A DNA stretch of 64,000 nt from assembly GCA_043228905.1 (NCBI GenBank), contig JBHGNT010000001.1:15376001-15440000 (forward strand), in the 5' to 3' direction. The notes under the pieces were generated by a model that made no database searches, was not told the origin of the DNA, and saw only the letters and a program-made list of their open reading frames with translations. The position numbers were made by a program, and so were the translations under genes. Shown here piece by piece: positions 50,524 to 62,959 of this stretch (position 1 is the first letter of the stretch; the number at the start of each line of letters is the position of its first letter). Origin of the DNA: Azolla caroliniana (Eukaryota; Plantae; Polypodiophyta).

Positions 50524-51140
50524 TCATTACTTGATATATATATTATTTGGTTTTGGTGTGGGCAACTAAAAAAATATGACAATTTTGGGATTTAAACAAA
50601 ACATGTATGTGACACCAACGTGGCTCACAACAATGTTACAAAATGTGTCACAAGTCTCCCATTACATCATTCCTTTCTCACATTTTAAAGAACAATCTTT
50701 AAAATTTCGGAAAATTAAAATTGAAACCAAACTGCGTTTCCATGAATCAAATCAGGCAGGGCACAATATTGTTACACTTGAATGTTCCCCATTCATTCCC
50801 TCCATATGTTTAAACGCCATGTATATTACAGCCAGCCTTAATCTGGCTATGGAACCGGAACCTTAAATGCATATGTGCTCATATATATTTCAAGGGAATC
50901 TAGTGAAGTAATCATATAGAGGAATATTGGAAATTTTGTAGGAATCAAACAAGGTCCAATTTTGAAATCGATGATCGAGATAGGAATGATGCAATGCGAG
51001 ACTTGTGACACATGCTGTAACATCATTGTGATCCACGTTTTTGTCACATACCAACTTACAAGTTTTGTTTAAATCCTAATGTTCTCGGATATTTTCTAAG
51101 TTGCCCACAACAAAACCAATAATATATATCTAAGTAATGA
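50524..51140. repeat. Imperfect inverted repeat (arms about 50524-50690 and 50978-51140) homologous to the gene's upstream region (about 53845-54000)
   Basis: Shared blocks TGTGGGCAAC, GGATTTAAACAAAAC, TGTGTCACAAGTCTC and CATCATTCCT occur in opposite orientations. Confidence 0.85.
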
Positions 51141-52014
51141 TAGGGGACCACTAAAACGAGCGGTATTGACATGCGATGGTTGGTGATGATCTATGTTCAT
51201 GACCTCCCTATTGCTTCAAATTCAATTAGTGCTATGAGGAAGACCATCTCGCAAGTCCCAACTAAAAGAGAAGTTCCCTATCAAAGACTTAAGGCCAATG
51301 GAGTTTTGCTTTGGCATCAAGGTGTCTCCGAATCGAATGGAAGGTACTCTCCCTCTTTCACAAAAGAAGTTGCTGGAAGACATATTGAAGAAATTCGACA
51401 TGGCTGATTGCAAACCTATTCATACAATCTTGGAAAACAGTTTCGTGTGAACCTTCACGGTTCTTGGAATAAACGGTTACAAGTGAGCCTTCACGGTTCT
51501 TGATGTATGGTAAAGTATTCTCTATTATTCTAAACTATTATTTCTTACATTAATAATGTTCTAACTTCTAACAATATCTTGGGTCAGGGTGAGATTACAT
51601 CTGTCTGGTTAGGTAGTCTTAATCATTAGTTTGCATCTTTTGGAAGAATCTTGGATAAATGGAAGTCTAGCGAATTGCCTACACCAAAGTATCTTTGAGG
51701 CTTTCTTTCACCGACTTAGTTCCCTTACCATACCCATACTCATCAATGGATTTCTTATGATTCGCAATCAGTTACAAGTTGCTAGATCCCAAAATCACAG
51801 CTCCAATTGACAATATCCAAGGTATTATACATGCATATGTTGGGAATAAATACATATCATTATAATTCCATCCCTCCGGGAAATCGCACAGCTGAGTGAA
51901 AAAAAACTATTAGTGATTTTGTTTCTTGAAAGACACAATCTCTCTCTGTTTTCATGTGTAGTTGCAGTCTAGTAGGTTTTTTTGGATCATCATCAACAGC
52001 TATAAAAATCTTCT

Positions 52015-53307
52015 TCACATGAGCAACGACGCTCCTGTAGTTAGGACCACCAAGAGGAGTGTTTGTGTGGATGCGAGTAAAGAATTAGGATCACCGCCAT
52101 TAAGAAGGTTTCGCGGAGGAGGCGGTGGCGGTGGCGATGTTTGTGGCGGTGGAGAAGGAGATAAGGCTGAGAAAAACAAAGTAGCTTCGCATTAACATAC
52201 ACCGAGCGAAGATCTGTGCAGGCATATACAAACAAAACGTACAGAAGATCTACGCAGGCACATACAAACAAAACGTACAGACACAACGCAGCCACGACAT
52301 AGGTGCACAACACCCAAACCCGAAAAACCTTCTAGAATGAATGAATGAATGCATGACGGATGGATGGAATTGTGAAATCAAACTCGTTGAGATTATCTCA
52401 TGAACAGAAGGGTGAGTAACATCTTTTTTTGGTGCTTACCAGTGAGGCATGCGGAAAGGGTGGGAGGGACAGCCAGGTTACATGCGTCGGGGGCAACAAG
52501 GCGATAGAATGTGGTTATATTGAGACTGGCAAAGTCACAATAGCAAGTCGGAATGTTGGTCATCGAGCTTGAGATCTGAGCACAGCATCGGGGTAGTGAA
52601 GTATTGCAAGCACTAACAATGGCTTGCCAAGCTGAATCGCAAGTGGTAGTGGTATTGGAGGAGCCAGGCGGAGATATTGGAGGCGGCGGCGGCGATTTCA
52701 GTGGCGGAGGCGGTGATTTGAGTTGCGGAGGAGGAGACAAGGCTGAGAAAAAACAAAGTAGCTTTCGCATTAAGACAACGATCTATAGACACACCAAACG
52801 AAGATAGATGGATGCAGGCACATACACACACATGTACAGACAAATGCGCAAACCCTAAAACCCCTCTAGAATGAATTGATTGAATGGATGGATGGAATTG
52901 AGAAGGGTGAATGTGTTTGAAAGATTATGTCATGAACAGAAGGATGAGTAGGATCCTTTTTTATTTTTGGGTGCTTCCCAGCGAGGCATGCGGAAATGGT
53001 AGAAGCTAGACAGCCAGGTCACATTAAGTACGAGTATATATCCTGCAAATGGACACACATGCTATCATTCATCTATAATGTAGCTTTAAACCTAACCTAT
53101 ACGCGCATTCATCCAAATTTCCAAAACTCAGCCACTTGACATTTTATGGTTCCAATTTTAATAGGCAGATTAAGGCTGGCGGTAATTTATACAATGGCGT
53201 TTGAACACATGGATGGAATGGAAACGAATGGGGGTTGCATTAAACTACAATATTATGCGCTGCCTGATTTGGTTCATGAAAACTTATTTCTATAGCTATC
53301 TAGATTC

Positions 53308-53339
<32 letters not shown>

Positions 53340-53660
53340 TGTACCTGATGGGAAGCATGAAGTGAGATTCTGGGGAAGTGTGAAGGAGCAGATAGTGGCA
53401 AGTTGGAGGAGGGCAGTGGTGTTGAGAGAGCAATAGCAACGGGGGTAGGCATTCACCTGAAATTCATAGACAGGGCAACATGTGGCGATGGTACTTGTTT
53501 CAGTGCCGCAAGCCGCTCGCAATGCTTGGAGGCTCATGGTGCATGTTGCTGCGCTCGACTGTGCCGAGACACCATCTATTACAGGTGGCAACCAGGGGCA
53601 GCTCAGGGCCATAAGGTAGAGAAGGGCACATAGGAGGAGGAGAAGGAGCTTCATGGCCAT
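52015..53660 (-). CDS. Secreted, probably GPI-anchored protein with two 8-cysteine (nsLTP/xylogen-like) domains and extensin-type SPn linkers; exons 53345-53660, 52440-52742, 52015-52166; 256 aa
   Basis: Hydrophobic N-terminus; two C-C-CC-CYC-C-C motifs; GT-AG phase-1 introns give an open 771-nt frame; C-terminus NGGDPNSLLASTQTLLLVVLTTGASLLM-stop. Confidence 0.88.
52976..53023 (-). pseudogene. Vestigial 3' end of an extra LTP-domain exon inside intron 1
   Basis: Aligns with the exon 2 end (GAGGCATGCGGAAA..GACAGCCAGGT); donor reads GGAAGC instead of GTAAGC. Confidence 0.75.
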
Positions 53661-53717
53661 GTATGCATTTCCCCTCCTTGGACCTCCTAGCTATGCTAAC
53701 TTTAATGGTAATGTCAG

Positions 53718-53739
53718 CTATATATATATATTATATATA
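53718..53739 (-). promoter_or_regulatory. Candidate TATA region of the LTP-domain gene
   Basis: (TA)n tract 60-80 nt upstream of the ATG; support is positional only. Confidence 0.45.
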
Positions 53740-54803
53740 CAAACCATGATCTCCATGTTCTGACTTGTTAATTTAAGTCAATACTACTTATTGGAGTGGT
53801 CAAGTTCAACCCCCCCCCCCCCCTCTTCTTCTCCACATCACCCCTACCATTACTTGATAAAAATGGTTGGTTTTCTATGTGGGCAAGTCAGAAAATATGA
53901 GTATTGGGATTTAAACAAAATTTGTGTGTCACAGAGACGAGGCTCACGATGATGCTAGAGTATGTGTCGCAAGTCTATCATTGTATCATTCCTTTCTCTA
54001 TCGTTGATTTCATAATTGGAGCCAGAAATTTTCACTATTCCTCCATACAATTACTTCTCTAGATGCCCTTACGTTGAGTACTTTGGGTGTTCACTTCCTC
54101 TATAATCACATAATGACCAATGTCACATAATCATGACGACGAGATCAACATTTGACACTAACTAAATATATTCAGGAATGTCATGAGGAACAATGTAGGA
54201 GCTTGTAATTTCATACTAGGTCACAACCAAGTGACAAGGAAGGCTTGGCTCCTTCTAGAAGCTAGTAGACTTAGCATCCCAAGGACTCCTACATATGTGG
54301 CCAAGGTCACATCATATGAGGCATAACTGCTCCAACATCGAATATGTCATCACCAAGAGTGTTCATTGTTTTGAAACCTTCCACAAGTGTATGCTTGCTC
54401 CACACCATTTAATGACCTAAGAATTGGGAATCCAAATTCAATCTTTGTCATTGGCAGCTTGACCCAGGCCATAGATCACATTTAGATGCTATTTAAGTTT
54501 CCTCGATGGATCCTATGATTCCACATTCTTTGCTCACTTCTTCTACCATCCATGGATCCCTACCAATTCATCTCCGTCACTCTCTATTGTAGAGAGATAA
54601 CATTGTTTAAGATACTCTCCCTACTCACTGGAGCAAAAGGGGTACAAAGTGCTTCAACCCCTCTAATTGGAAGGTTCATGTCAGTCGGGATGTTGTCTTT
54701 GACGAATCGGCATCATGGTACGAACCCGAGCCGACTCATCCTGAATCATTTCCAGTCGACGCGAACTTGGACAACCAAGAGATAGAAGACGAATATAAAT
54801 TAA

Positions 54804-57800
54804 TGTAAAGAATCAGATATGGATTCTTGTGAAGCGGAAGAGATATGAGTTATGTGTGTGTATGAGAGAGAGAGAGAAAGAGAGAGTGAGACAAGGAATA
54901 AGACATAGAGAATACGCAAGGTAAAAGTATATTAACAAAGGAGAAAGACTCAACACAATACAAGGTGGGAGGAGGGTGCTTTATATAGTCACCCTCTCTC
55001 TTCATTAACTACAAGACTCAAGGAGCATGGGGAATGTGAAAGATCATAAGTTATGTGTCATAGAATATGATTCTATGACTCATACTAAATGCTAGAATAC
55101 AAAGATGTGACATAATGGTGACTCTTGACTGTTGGAGTGTCTATTCACTCTCAAGGGGAGTTCACACACTAGACCAAGTTGAGCTTGATTCTCAACATGC
55201 CCCCTCAAGCTCAAGTTGGGTCGGTTTCAGACGGTATCCGAAATATGCTTCGACTCGCGTTCCGGAGTCCGCGTCGACTCGCATTTATGCGGAGTTGCGG
55301 AATCCGTGCTCCAGCTTGCGTTGTGTGTAGTTGCGAAGTTTGTGCTTCGGCTTGCGTCTTTCTTTCTGGCTTTGCGCAGTAGATCGGCTCTTTGCGACTT
55401 CGTTGTGGCTTGCGGAATCCACGCGACGCGTTATTGCGTAATGTCTTCAGTACTCCCCCTCAAGCTTGGTAGGTCAGGGATTGTCAATCCGAGATCAATC
55501 ATGAATTGCCACAACTTGTCGGCTCCTAAGGCTTTAGTGAAGATGTCGGTCGTTTGAAGATTTGTGCTAATGTGTTGTATGTCGACATCGCTAGCTAGAA
55601 CACGCTCTCGGATGAAGTGATAATGCACTTCAATGTGCTTTGTCCGTGCGTGGAACACCGGGTTCCGAGCCAGATAGATACTGCTCATGTTGTCGTAGTA
55701 AAGGGAAGTAAGATCCCTGATGGGTACGCCCAGATCCTTCAAAATCCTCTTGAGCCATAGGGTTTCACACGCAGCTACAACTGCGTCCCTGTATTCCGCC
55801 TCTGTACTCGAAAGAGCAATGGTAGGCTGCTTCTTGCTACTCCAGGATATTGCTCCGCTGCCGAGGGAGAAAACAAATCCGGAGGTTGATCTTCTATCGG
55901 CTTTGTAGCCGGCCCAATCGGCGTCTGTGTACCCCTCGAGGCGTATTGGCATCACGGTCTTGTAGAGGATGCCACAATCCATTGTGCTGCTTACGTACCG
56001 TAGAACTCGCTTAGCGCAATCCAAGTGAGTATCACATGGTGTTTGCATGAATTGACTAAGGAGACCGACCGGATAACTGAGATTGGGTCAAGTGATCGTG
56101 AGGTAGATGAGACTCCCGATGAGTTGCCGATACTGAGTCGGCTCACACGCTTTGGTGCCGGAGTTCGCATCTAGTTTGAGATTACGATCGAGCAGGGTTG
56201 CTACGGATTTGAACTTAGCCATACCGAACTTGTATAGTAAGTTGAGGATGTAGTGCCGTTGAGAGATCATGATTCCGGCTGGAGTCTGAATGACCACGAT
56301 GTCGAGGAAGTAGTGGAGCTCCTTCATGTCCATCATCTCGAACTTGTCGGAAAGGAGGGATTTGACCTTATTGATTTCGACGAGATGCTCACCTCCAATG
56401 ACTAGGTCATCCACATATAAGATGATGATGATTGGACTTCCGGAATCGCTTTGTATGTAGAGGGAGTTGTCCGATTTTGACATACGGAAGCCGATTTGAT
56501 GAAGATATTGCGTTATTTTCGAATGCCAAGCACGCGGTGCTTGCTTGAGGCCATAGAGTGGCTTCTTGAGTCAGCACACAACTTTCGGATGAATGCGTGA
56601 TTCGAAGCCGGGTGGTTGTATCATGTACACCTCCTCTTCTAATTAGCCTTGTAGAAAGGCATTCTTAACGTCCATTTGATGGAGGGGCCACCCTTTCGCC
56701 GCGGCAAGCGCAATTACGGTCCATACCGTCGTCATATTTGCCACCGGGGCCAAGGTCTCCTCGTAGTCAACTCCGTGCATTTGTGCGTAGCCTTTCGCTA
56801 CGAGTCGCGCTTTGTAGCGGTTGACGGAACCGTCGGCGTTGTACTTCACCTTGTAGATCCATCTGCAACCAATTGCCTTATTGTGCGGTGAGTGGGGAAC
56901 GAGATCCCATGTCTCATTCTTGCGTACTGCACGCATCTCCTTGTTCATTGCTTCGATCCATCGCGGATCCTTTGAGGCTTTAAAAAAGGTTTCCGGCTCT
57001 CGTACTGTTGCTACCTTCATCATAAATACGTAATGGTACGCCATATAATCGTTGTAGCCAAATCGGCTTACCGGGTTCTTTTCACGTGTGGATCGGTGGA
57101 GCCTCTCGTTTGCGGATACTACGGCTTTCTTCGCTCCATTTGTCCGGATGTCAAGGCCTTCAAACTCACTATCGAGGGAGTGAGACGATTTGTTGCCGTC
57201 GAAGTGATCGTCTTCATACTCCAACATTTTTGCCTTGCCTTTGTCCGTTTTCGGGCTAGGCCGTGATGTGCTTTGATAGCTCAAAGGCTCTTGTGGTCCG
57301 CTTAGTCGGGTCGTGATCGGACTTTCTTCGAACCTTCGAACCTGCGCGTAAGGCGATCTTCATCCTCTATCTCTTGTTTGGCGGATTCCGGGTCGAGCGG
57401 AGTCGGAGTCGGAGTTGTCTCTGGTGTGTACCAGGATGAAGATTCATTGAAAACGACGTCTCGACTTACTCGAGATTTTCAAGTTGAGGGGTTGTAGCAC
57501 TTGTACCCCTTTTGCTCAAGTGAGTATCCTACGAGGATACATTTCTCCGACTTCAAGTCAAGCTTTTGACGCTTCTCGTTGGGGATGTGCGCGTACGCTA
57601 TCGTGCCGAATATGCGGATGTGCGATAAGTCCGGCTTCTTTCCGAAGTATTTTTCGTGCGGAGTGACCTTGTGCACGCCGGATGTTGTGCACCGGTTCAT
57701 TAGGTAGATGGCCGTATTTGTAGCTTTAGCCCAATAGACTTGGGCATATGCTTCTCGTTCATCATGGCCCGCGCTACTTCGAGGATGTGCTGATTTTTGC

Positions 57801-60260
57801 GCTCGGCTACTCTGTTTTGTTGTGGAGTGTGTCGACAAGTGAATTCTCGCCGAATTCCTTCCTTTCGGAGATACGCCGTGAAATCATCCGAGAAGTACTC
57901 CTTGCCGCCATCCGATCGGAGACATGGTACATGTCAGCCCGTGGCTTTCTCGACTTCATTCTTGAATTTTTGGAAGTGTCTGAACACTTCACTCTTTTGC
58001 CGCATTGGATAGATCCAAGTGTGCCTAGAAAAGTCGTCGATGAAGAGCACGTAATATCGGCATCCGCCGAATGTAGCTGTCTGTGTCGGTCCCCATACGT
58101 CGGAATGGACTATGTCAAGTAGACCTTTGCTCACGTTCCGCTCTTTCGGGAATGGATGTCGGTGTTGCTTGCCGAATTGGCACGCTTTCCATACACCTTC
58201 AATCTCCTTCTCTTTGAATATCGGGAGTCCGATGACGACTCCTTTCGATTTCATTGCTTTGAGTTTGTTGAGATTGATGTGGCCGATTCGCTTATCCCAT
58301 AGCTCTATGTCGGAATCGGCTTTCATGCTTTTCGCGAACATGGCGGATTTCATCTCGCGTGAATCGAGAATGAACATCCGGCCCTCTTTTTCGATGAAGC
58401 AACCGCCTTGATTAAATCGAACTTGCATCCCTTGCTCTACAATTTGGCCGACGGAGACCAAATTCTTCGTAATGGTCGGTACATGCAAGACATTTTTAAT
58501 GTAATTTTGCTTACCTTCTTTTCCGAACGGAACATTGCCGATGTGCCGAATCAGGTGCGTAGTGTCATCTCCGGTTTCGACATAACCGGGTCGCTCCGGC
58601 TCTCGAAGTTCGAGAAACCATTCTTTATGAGATGTCATATGGTTTGAGGCTTCGGAGTCAACAAACCATACGTCCTCCGACTTGAGGGCACTAGTTGAGG
58701 TAGAGGCCGACATAGAGTTTGATCTATGTTTCATAATGAACATTCCGCCACGGTCAGAGTTGTATGCGTACATTCCGCCACGATCCTCGTAGTCGGAGTT
58801 GTGCTCGTACATTCCGCTATACTCTTCGTAGTCGGAATTGTGCACGTAATTCGTAAGTTGTCGGCTTGTGGAAGCTGATTCACACATCTTCTTTCGGCAC
58901 TCTTCTTCGTGGTGGCCGAGCTTTCCGCAATATCCACATTCGGTTGCGTTTTGACGGCTGGGGCGAAGGTTCCTCGTTGGCTTCCGTTTTGCGGCCGAAA
59001 TTGGAAGTTGTTATCGTAGGTCGAACCTCATCCGCCTTGTCCTTGGCCGAATCGGCCTCTCGACCGTCCGCGTCCTCTTCCTCCGTTCGAGTGCGAGTAG
59101 AGCATGTGTCCTTCCGAATCATTGCTCCTTGTATGCACGTGGTTTTCTTCGACCAATAGCATTGATTGGAGCTCGAAGAAGGAGGGAGATTTCTCCTGTA
59201 CTAGAACGGCGGTTCGCATCGCACCGAACCGTGGTGCGAGGCCGCCGAGGCATATTTGAACCATCTCATCATCATCGATATTTACGCTTATTGAGCTGAG
59301 CAAATCGCAAAGCTCCTTGATCTTCGAGGTGTATGTTGTGATGGACATGTCCCTTTGTTGAATGTTGTTCAACTCTTGGTGAAGTTGAAGACTTCTTGTG
59401 GTTGTGTTCGCTGTGAAAATCTTTCGTAGATTTTCCCATGCCTCCTTCGGCGTCTTGGCTTCGCGAATGTAGCCGAGCATGTGATCGTGAACACATGTCG
59501 CCAAGCAATACGTCACACGGCTTGCGGCTTGCTCCCATGTCACGTATCCGGGAGCCGCTTCGGCGGGTCGGTCTTCATGCGCTCCTTTGATGTAGCTCCA
59601 ATAACCTTGTCCGACAAGGTATTGGTGCATCTTGTACTCCCAAGATGCGAAGTTGTTTCGATCCAAGTTCTCGGTAGGGAGAGCGCTCCCCATTTGAGTA
59701 TTCATTATGTCGATTCTTCTTCTTCTTCTTCTCTCTTCGAATGCGAGCTATGTAGCGAAGCTACGATAGCGATGAGCCGGTTCTTGGTCGTCGGCGTAGA
59801 GCACAACGCACGAGCACGATGCGGCGAATGGGCTAGATCGAGCTACCAAATCGCTTTGATACCATGTAAAGAATCGGATATGGATTCTTGTGAAGCGGAA
59901 GAGATATGAGTTATGTGTGTGTATGAGAGAGAGAGAGTGAGAGAGAGAGTGAGATAAGGAATAAGACACAGAGAATACGCAAGGTAAAAGTATATTAACA
60001 AAGGAGAAAGACTCAACACAATACAAGGTGGGAGGAGGGTGCTTTATATAGTCACCCTCTCTCTTCATTAACTACAAGACTCATGGAGCATGGGGAATGT
60101 GAAAGATCATAAGTTATGTGTCATAGAATATGATTCTATGACTCATACTAAATGCTAGAATACAAAGATGTGACATAATGGTGACTCTTGACTGTTGGAG
60201 TGTCTATTCACTCTCAAGGGGAGTTCACACACTAGACCAAGTTGAGCTTGATTCTCAACA
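54804..60260 (-). mobile_element. Ty1/Copia element E, full length (LTRs 54804-55197 and 59865-60260), with frameshifts
   Basis: Perfect TSD ATTAA; Met-type PBS TGGTATCAAAGC; LTRs differ at only a few sites; gag-PR-INT-RT-RH present; related to Copia B. Confidence 0.96.
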
Positions 60261-60906
60261 ATTAAAGCATGTGTTCAAGGAAAGTCCGATCACGACCAAG
60301 ATTAATGAGCCACAAGAGCCCCTAAGCAACCAGAGAGCACATCTCAACCAAGTTCAAAGATGGATAAAGGTAAGACCAATATGAAGACAATCAATTCGAC
60401 GGCAACGAATCGACTCCCTCACTTCTCCGGTTGTGTAGGATGAGAAGGACGCTCCGTAATCGACAACCCACGTTGTCTCATCGCTGACAAGGTTTAACTC
60501 ATTCTCCTCGGTAATGAGCATCAGTTCTTCTTCACTTGTCGCAATTGCCGACGTTCCCTTCCGATCAGGGCCTCTTCAGTCCGAACCTTTTCAGTCAGAA
60601 CTCTTTTTCGAATCGGTAGTGCCGGTTTCTTTCTCTTTCCAGAAATGCCGACAGTTGTTCTAGAAGTGCCCCGGCTCATGTCGATGAAGCACCAGATGTA
60701 TGTCGTCGTCTTCATGTGCATCACCTCCCACACTGTGGCATCAATCTTATCCGGTCTCTTGTCCCCGAACTGTACCGACAACCAAAGATCTTTAACCACC
60801 AGCATATCCCTCATCTTCGACTTCCACACTGAGTAGTTGGAGATGGTGAGCTTGAACATGCTGCCAAACGATTCTTCCATTTCCTATGTTGTTCGCTCTG
60901 ATACTA
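60261..60906 (-). mobile_element. Heavily deleted Copia remnant F (Met PBS, gag start, protease start)
   Basis: TAGTATCAGAGC followed by MEESFGSMFKLTISNYSVWKSKMRDML, then WVVDYGASF. Confidence 0.7.
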
Positions 60907-61562
60907 GTGCTCGATGGGTTGTTGGACTCAATGGTCGCACCAAGCGGTGAAATTACAAGTCCTTTGAGCAGATGCAGAAAACCAGAAGAAGGCCGGTGAC
61001 ATCTTCTACAAAATGGATGAGGAAAGTATTACCACCATCCTGGAGGAGTTGGTGAACAACTTCTTTGCCTTAGCCGGAGCTCATCTCGAAGCCATCCAGA
61101 GGTTGATGGAACGGCTAGATGATGATCAGCTTGGAACACAACTCCAGTTCGAGTGATTCGAATGGGAGCGCTGGCAAAAGGAAGCGGAAACAAGGATGAC
61201 GACAATAAACATAAGTGATGAGGAGTAGTCTGAACCATAGAGCCATCGACAAACGCCGTAGAAGAGAAGCCAAGGGAAACCGGTGCAGAGCAGACTGGGG
61301 ATGCCAGAACAGAGAAGCAAGAGGAGATCGGAGTTGGAGTGAACGCCGAAGCCGAGGCGGAAACGGAGTGGCCACATTCGGAAGAGGCTAGAAAACAGTA
61401 ATAGGAGTAGTATGCACAGATGAGGTACGAGGAGTCAGAGTAGGAACAAGAAGAGCAACAACAACAGAGTGACAAACCACTCAAACCCTTGGACTAGAGC
61501 ATATTGGACACACTCGACGAAGATTAGCAGAGCTAACTTGCGGGTTCGACGTACAATGTATT

Positions 61563-61579
61563 GTCCCACGGGCGTGCCA
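61563..61579 (-). promoter_or_regulatory. tRNA-Arg-type PBS (Ogre/Tat-like) next to an LTR end at 61582; element otherwise truncated
   Basis: TGGCACGCCCGTGGGAC 2 nt after ...GGCCAACA; differs by one deleted base from the Arg PBS I recall (TGGCACGCCCAGTGGGAC). Confidence 0.6.
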
Positions 61580-61799
61580 TGTGTTGGCCGGAGTATGAAG
61601 GATAAGTGAGGGATGAGTCAGAGTGGATTTTAAGTTACTAGTGTTAGACTATTAATTAGTTAAAATTATAATAGGAAGGGACGGATCCAAATTAGTTGCA
61701 CCGATCCAAATTAGGACCGATTCGTAACCAGTTGCCGGTTACATCAATTGTGCCTCATACGTTGCACTCTAATTTTCTCCCATAACATTCCCAATAATA

Positions 61800-62340
61800 A
61801 TCAAAATACGTGTCTCAGTGTGTGTGTCCCTAGTTAGAGACCATGAATCAAGAAAAAAGCACAATGTTTTTTCTTTTGTATTCAATTTGTGCCATATTTT
61901 GCCCAAAGGGATGGAATAATGGTTTATGTCATATATAAGATGTCATATATAATAGCTTTAGTGTCCAATTTAGCTTGGAATTTTTTGTTTTGTATTGTTG
62001 GAATCCAGACCTCCTATTGAATGCAATTAGGAATCTACCCATGAATGTGGATATGGTAAGGGAACTAAGTTGATGATTAAAATGTCAAAGTAATTTGGTC
62101 TATTGTATTTGTCCATTTCACACATACTAATTTGAGGAGTCTAGGGGTGGAACAATGAATCTCTTTTCACTCAACATAATACCCTGGTCCAATCATCACA
62201 AATCTATTTCCTTGGTATAGACGGAATTCCTACCTTCATTTGTCCAAGATTTTCCCAAAGATGGCCACAAAATGTTGATGATTAACGTCCCAAGTAATTT
62301 GGTCTAGAGTATTCCTACCTTCATTTGTCCGAGCTTTTTC
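61800..62340 (+). repeat. Inverted paralogous copy of the gene's 3' flanking block
   Basis: GGGATGGAATAA, ATGAATGTGGATATGGTAAGGGAACTAAGT and TTTGTCCAAGATT are reverse complements of blocks at 49750-50290 and 51640-51940. Confidence 0.7.
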
Positions 62341-62959
62341 CAAAGATGTCGATGTTCAAGAAGATGTTTATTCACAAACAAGTTAACAACCCACATGCAC
62401 CAAATTTGGAGTGATATAGACAGCATTATGACTACCAAGGAACCTATGACCTTGAAAAATATGCACAAATTTCAAACCATCATGCTATTTACACATCCTT
62501 CATGCATTTAGGAGAGAAACAACCTATTCAAAGAGGTCCAATACCAATCTTCAACTTTCAAGTTGTAATTACCTTTTTATTCTTAATATGATGTCTCTAT
62601 CTACATTACCTTGTTTATATCTTCAACTCTCTCAATTTACCTTATTCCTTCTTCATTTTCTCTTTCTCCTTTTCTTTTCCTACTTTCTCAGTTTCAACTA
62701 GAATTTCCCTCTTATAGCGACAATTGCTATTACTCAACAAGAACAAAAGATCAAATGTTTGAAAAGCAAGTTCCTGACATTCGAACAACGCTTGTTAGGG
62801 GATCTATAACCCATCACCATGGAGATTCAACAACATGAAGGTTTGACACAACCGGTGCAATAATTGAAATTAGCATTAAAACATTTTACAATAACAAGGA
62901 GCTAGAACACAAGTTTGTGCAAAGGAGCCAAAGATTAGCCTTCCTTGAAAGTTTGATGT

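Noticed and set aside
61029-61484. Cys/Ser-rich 151-aa ORF as a second cysteine-rich gene
   Set aside because: No signal peptide or 8-cysteine spacing; it lies in the leader just downstream of an Arg-type PBS.
3004-61600. Excess of minus-strand elements
   Set aside because: About two thirds of roughly 20 non-independent insertions; too few to call a bias.
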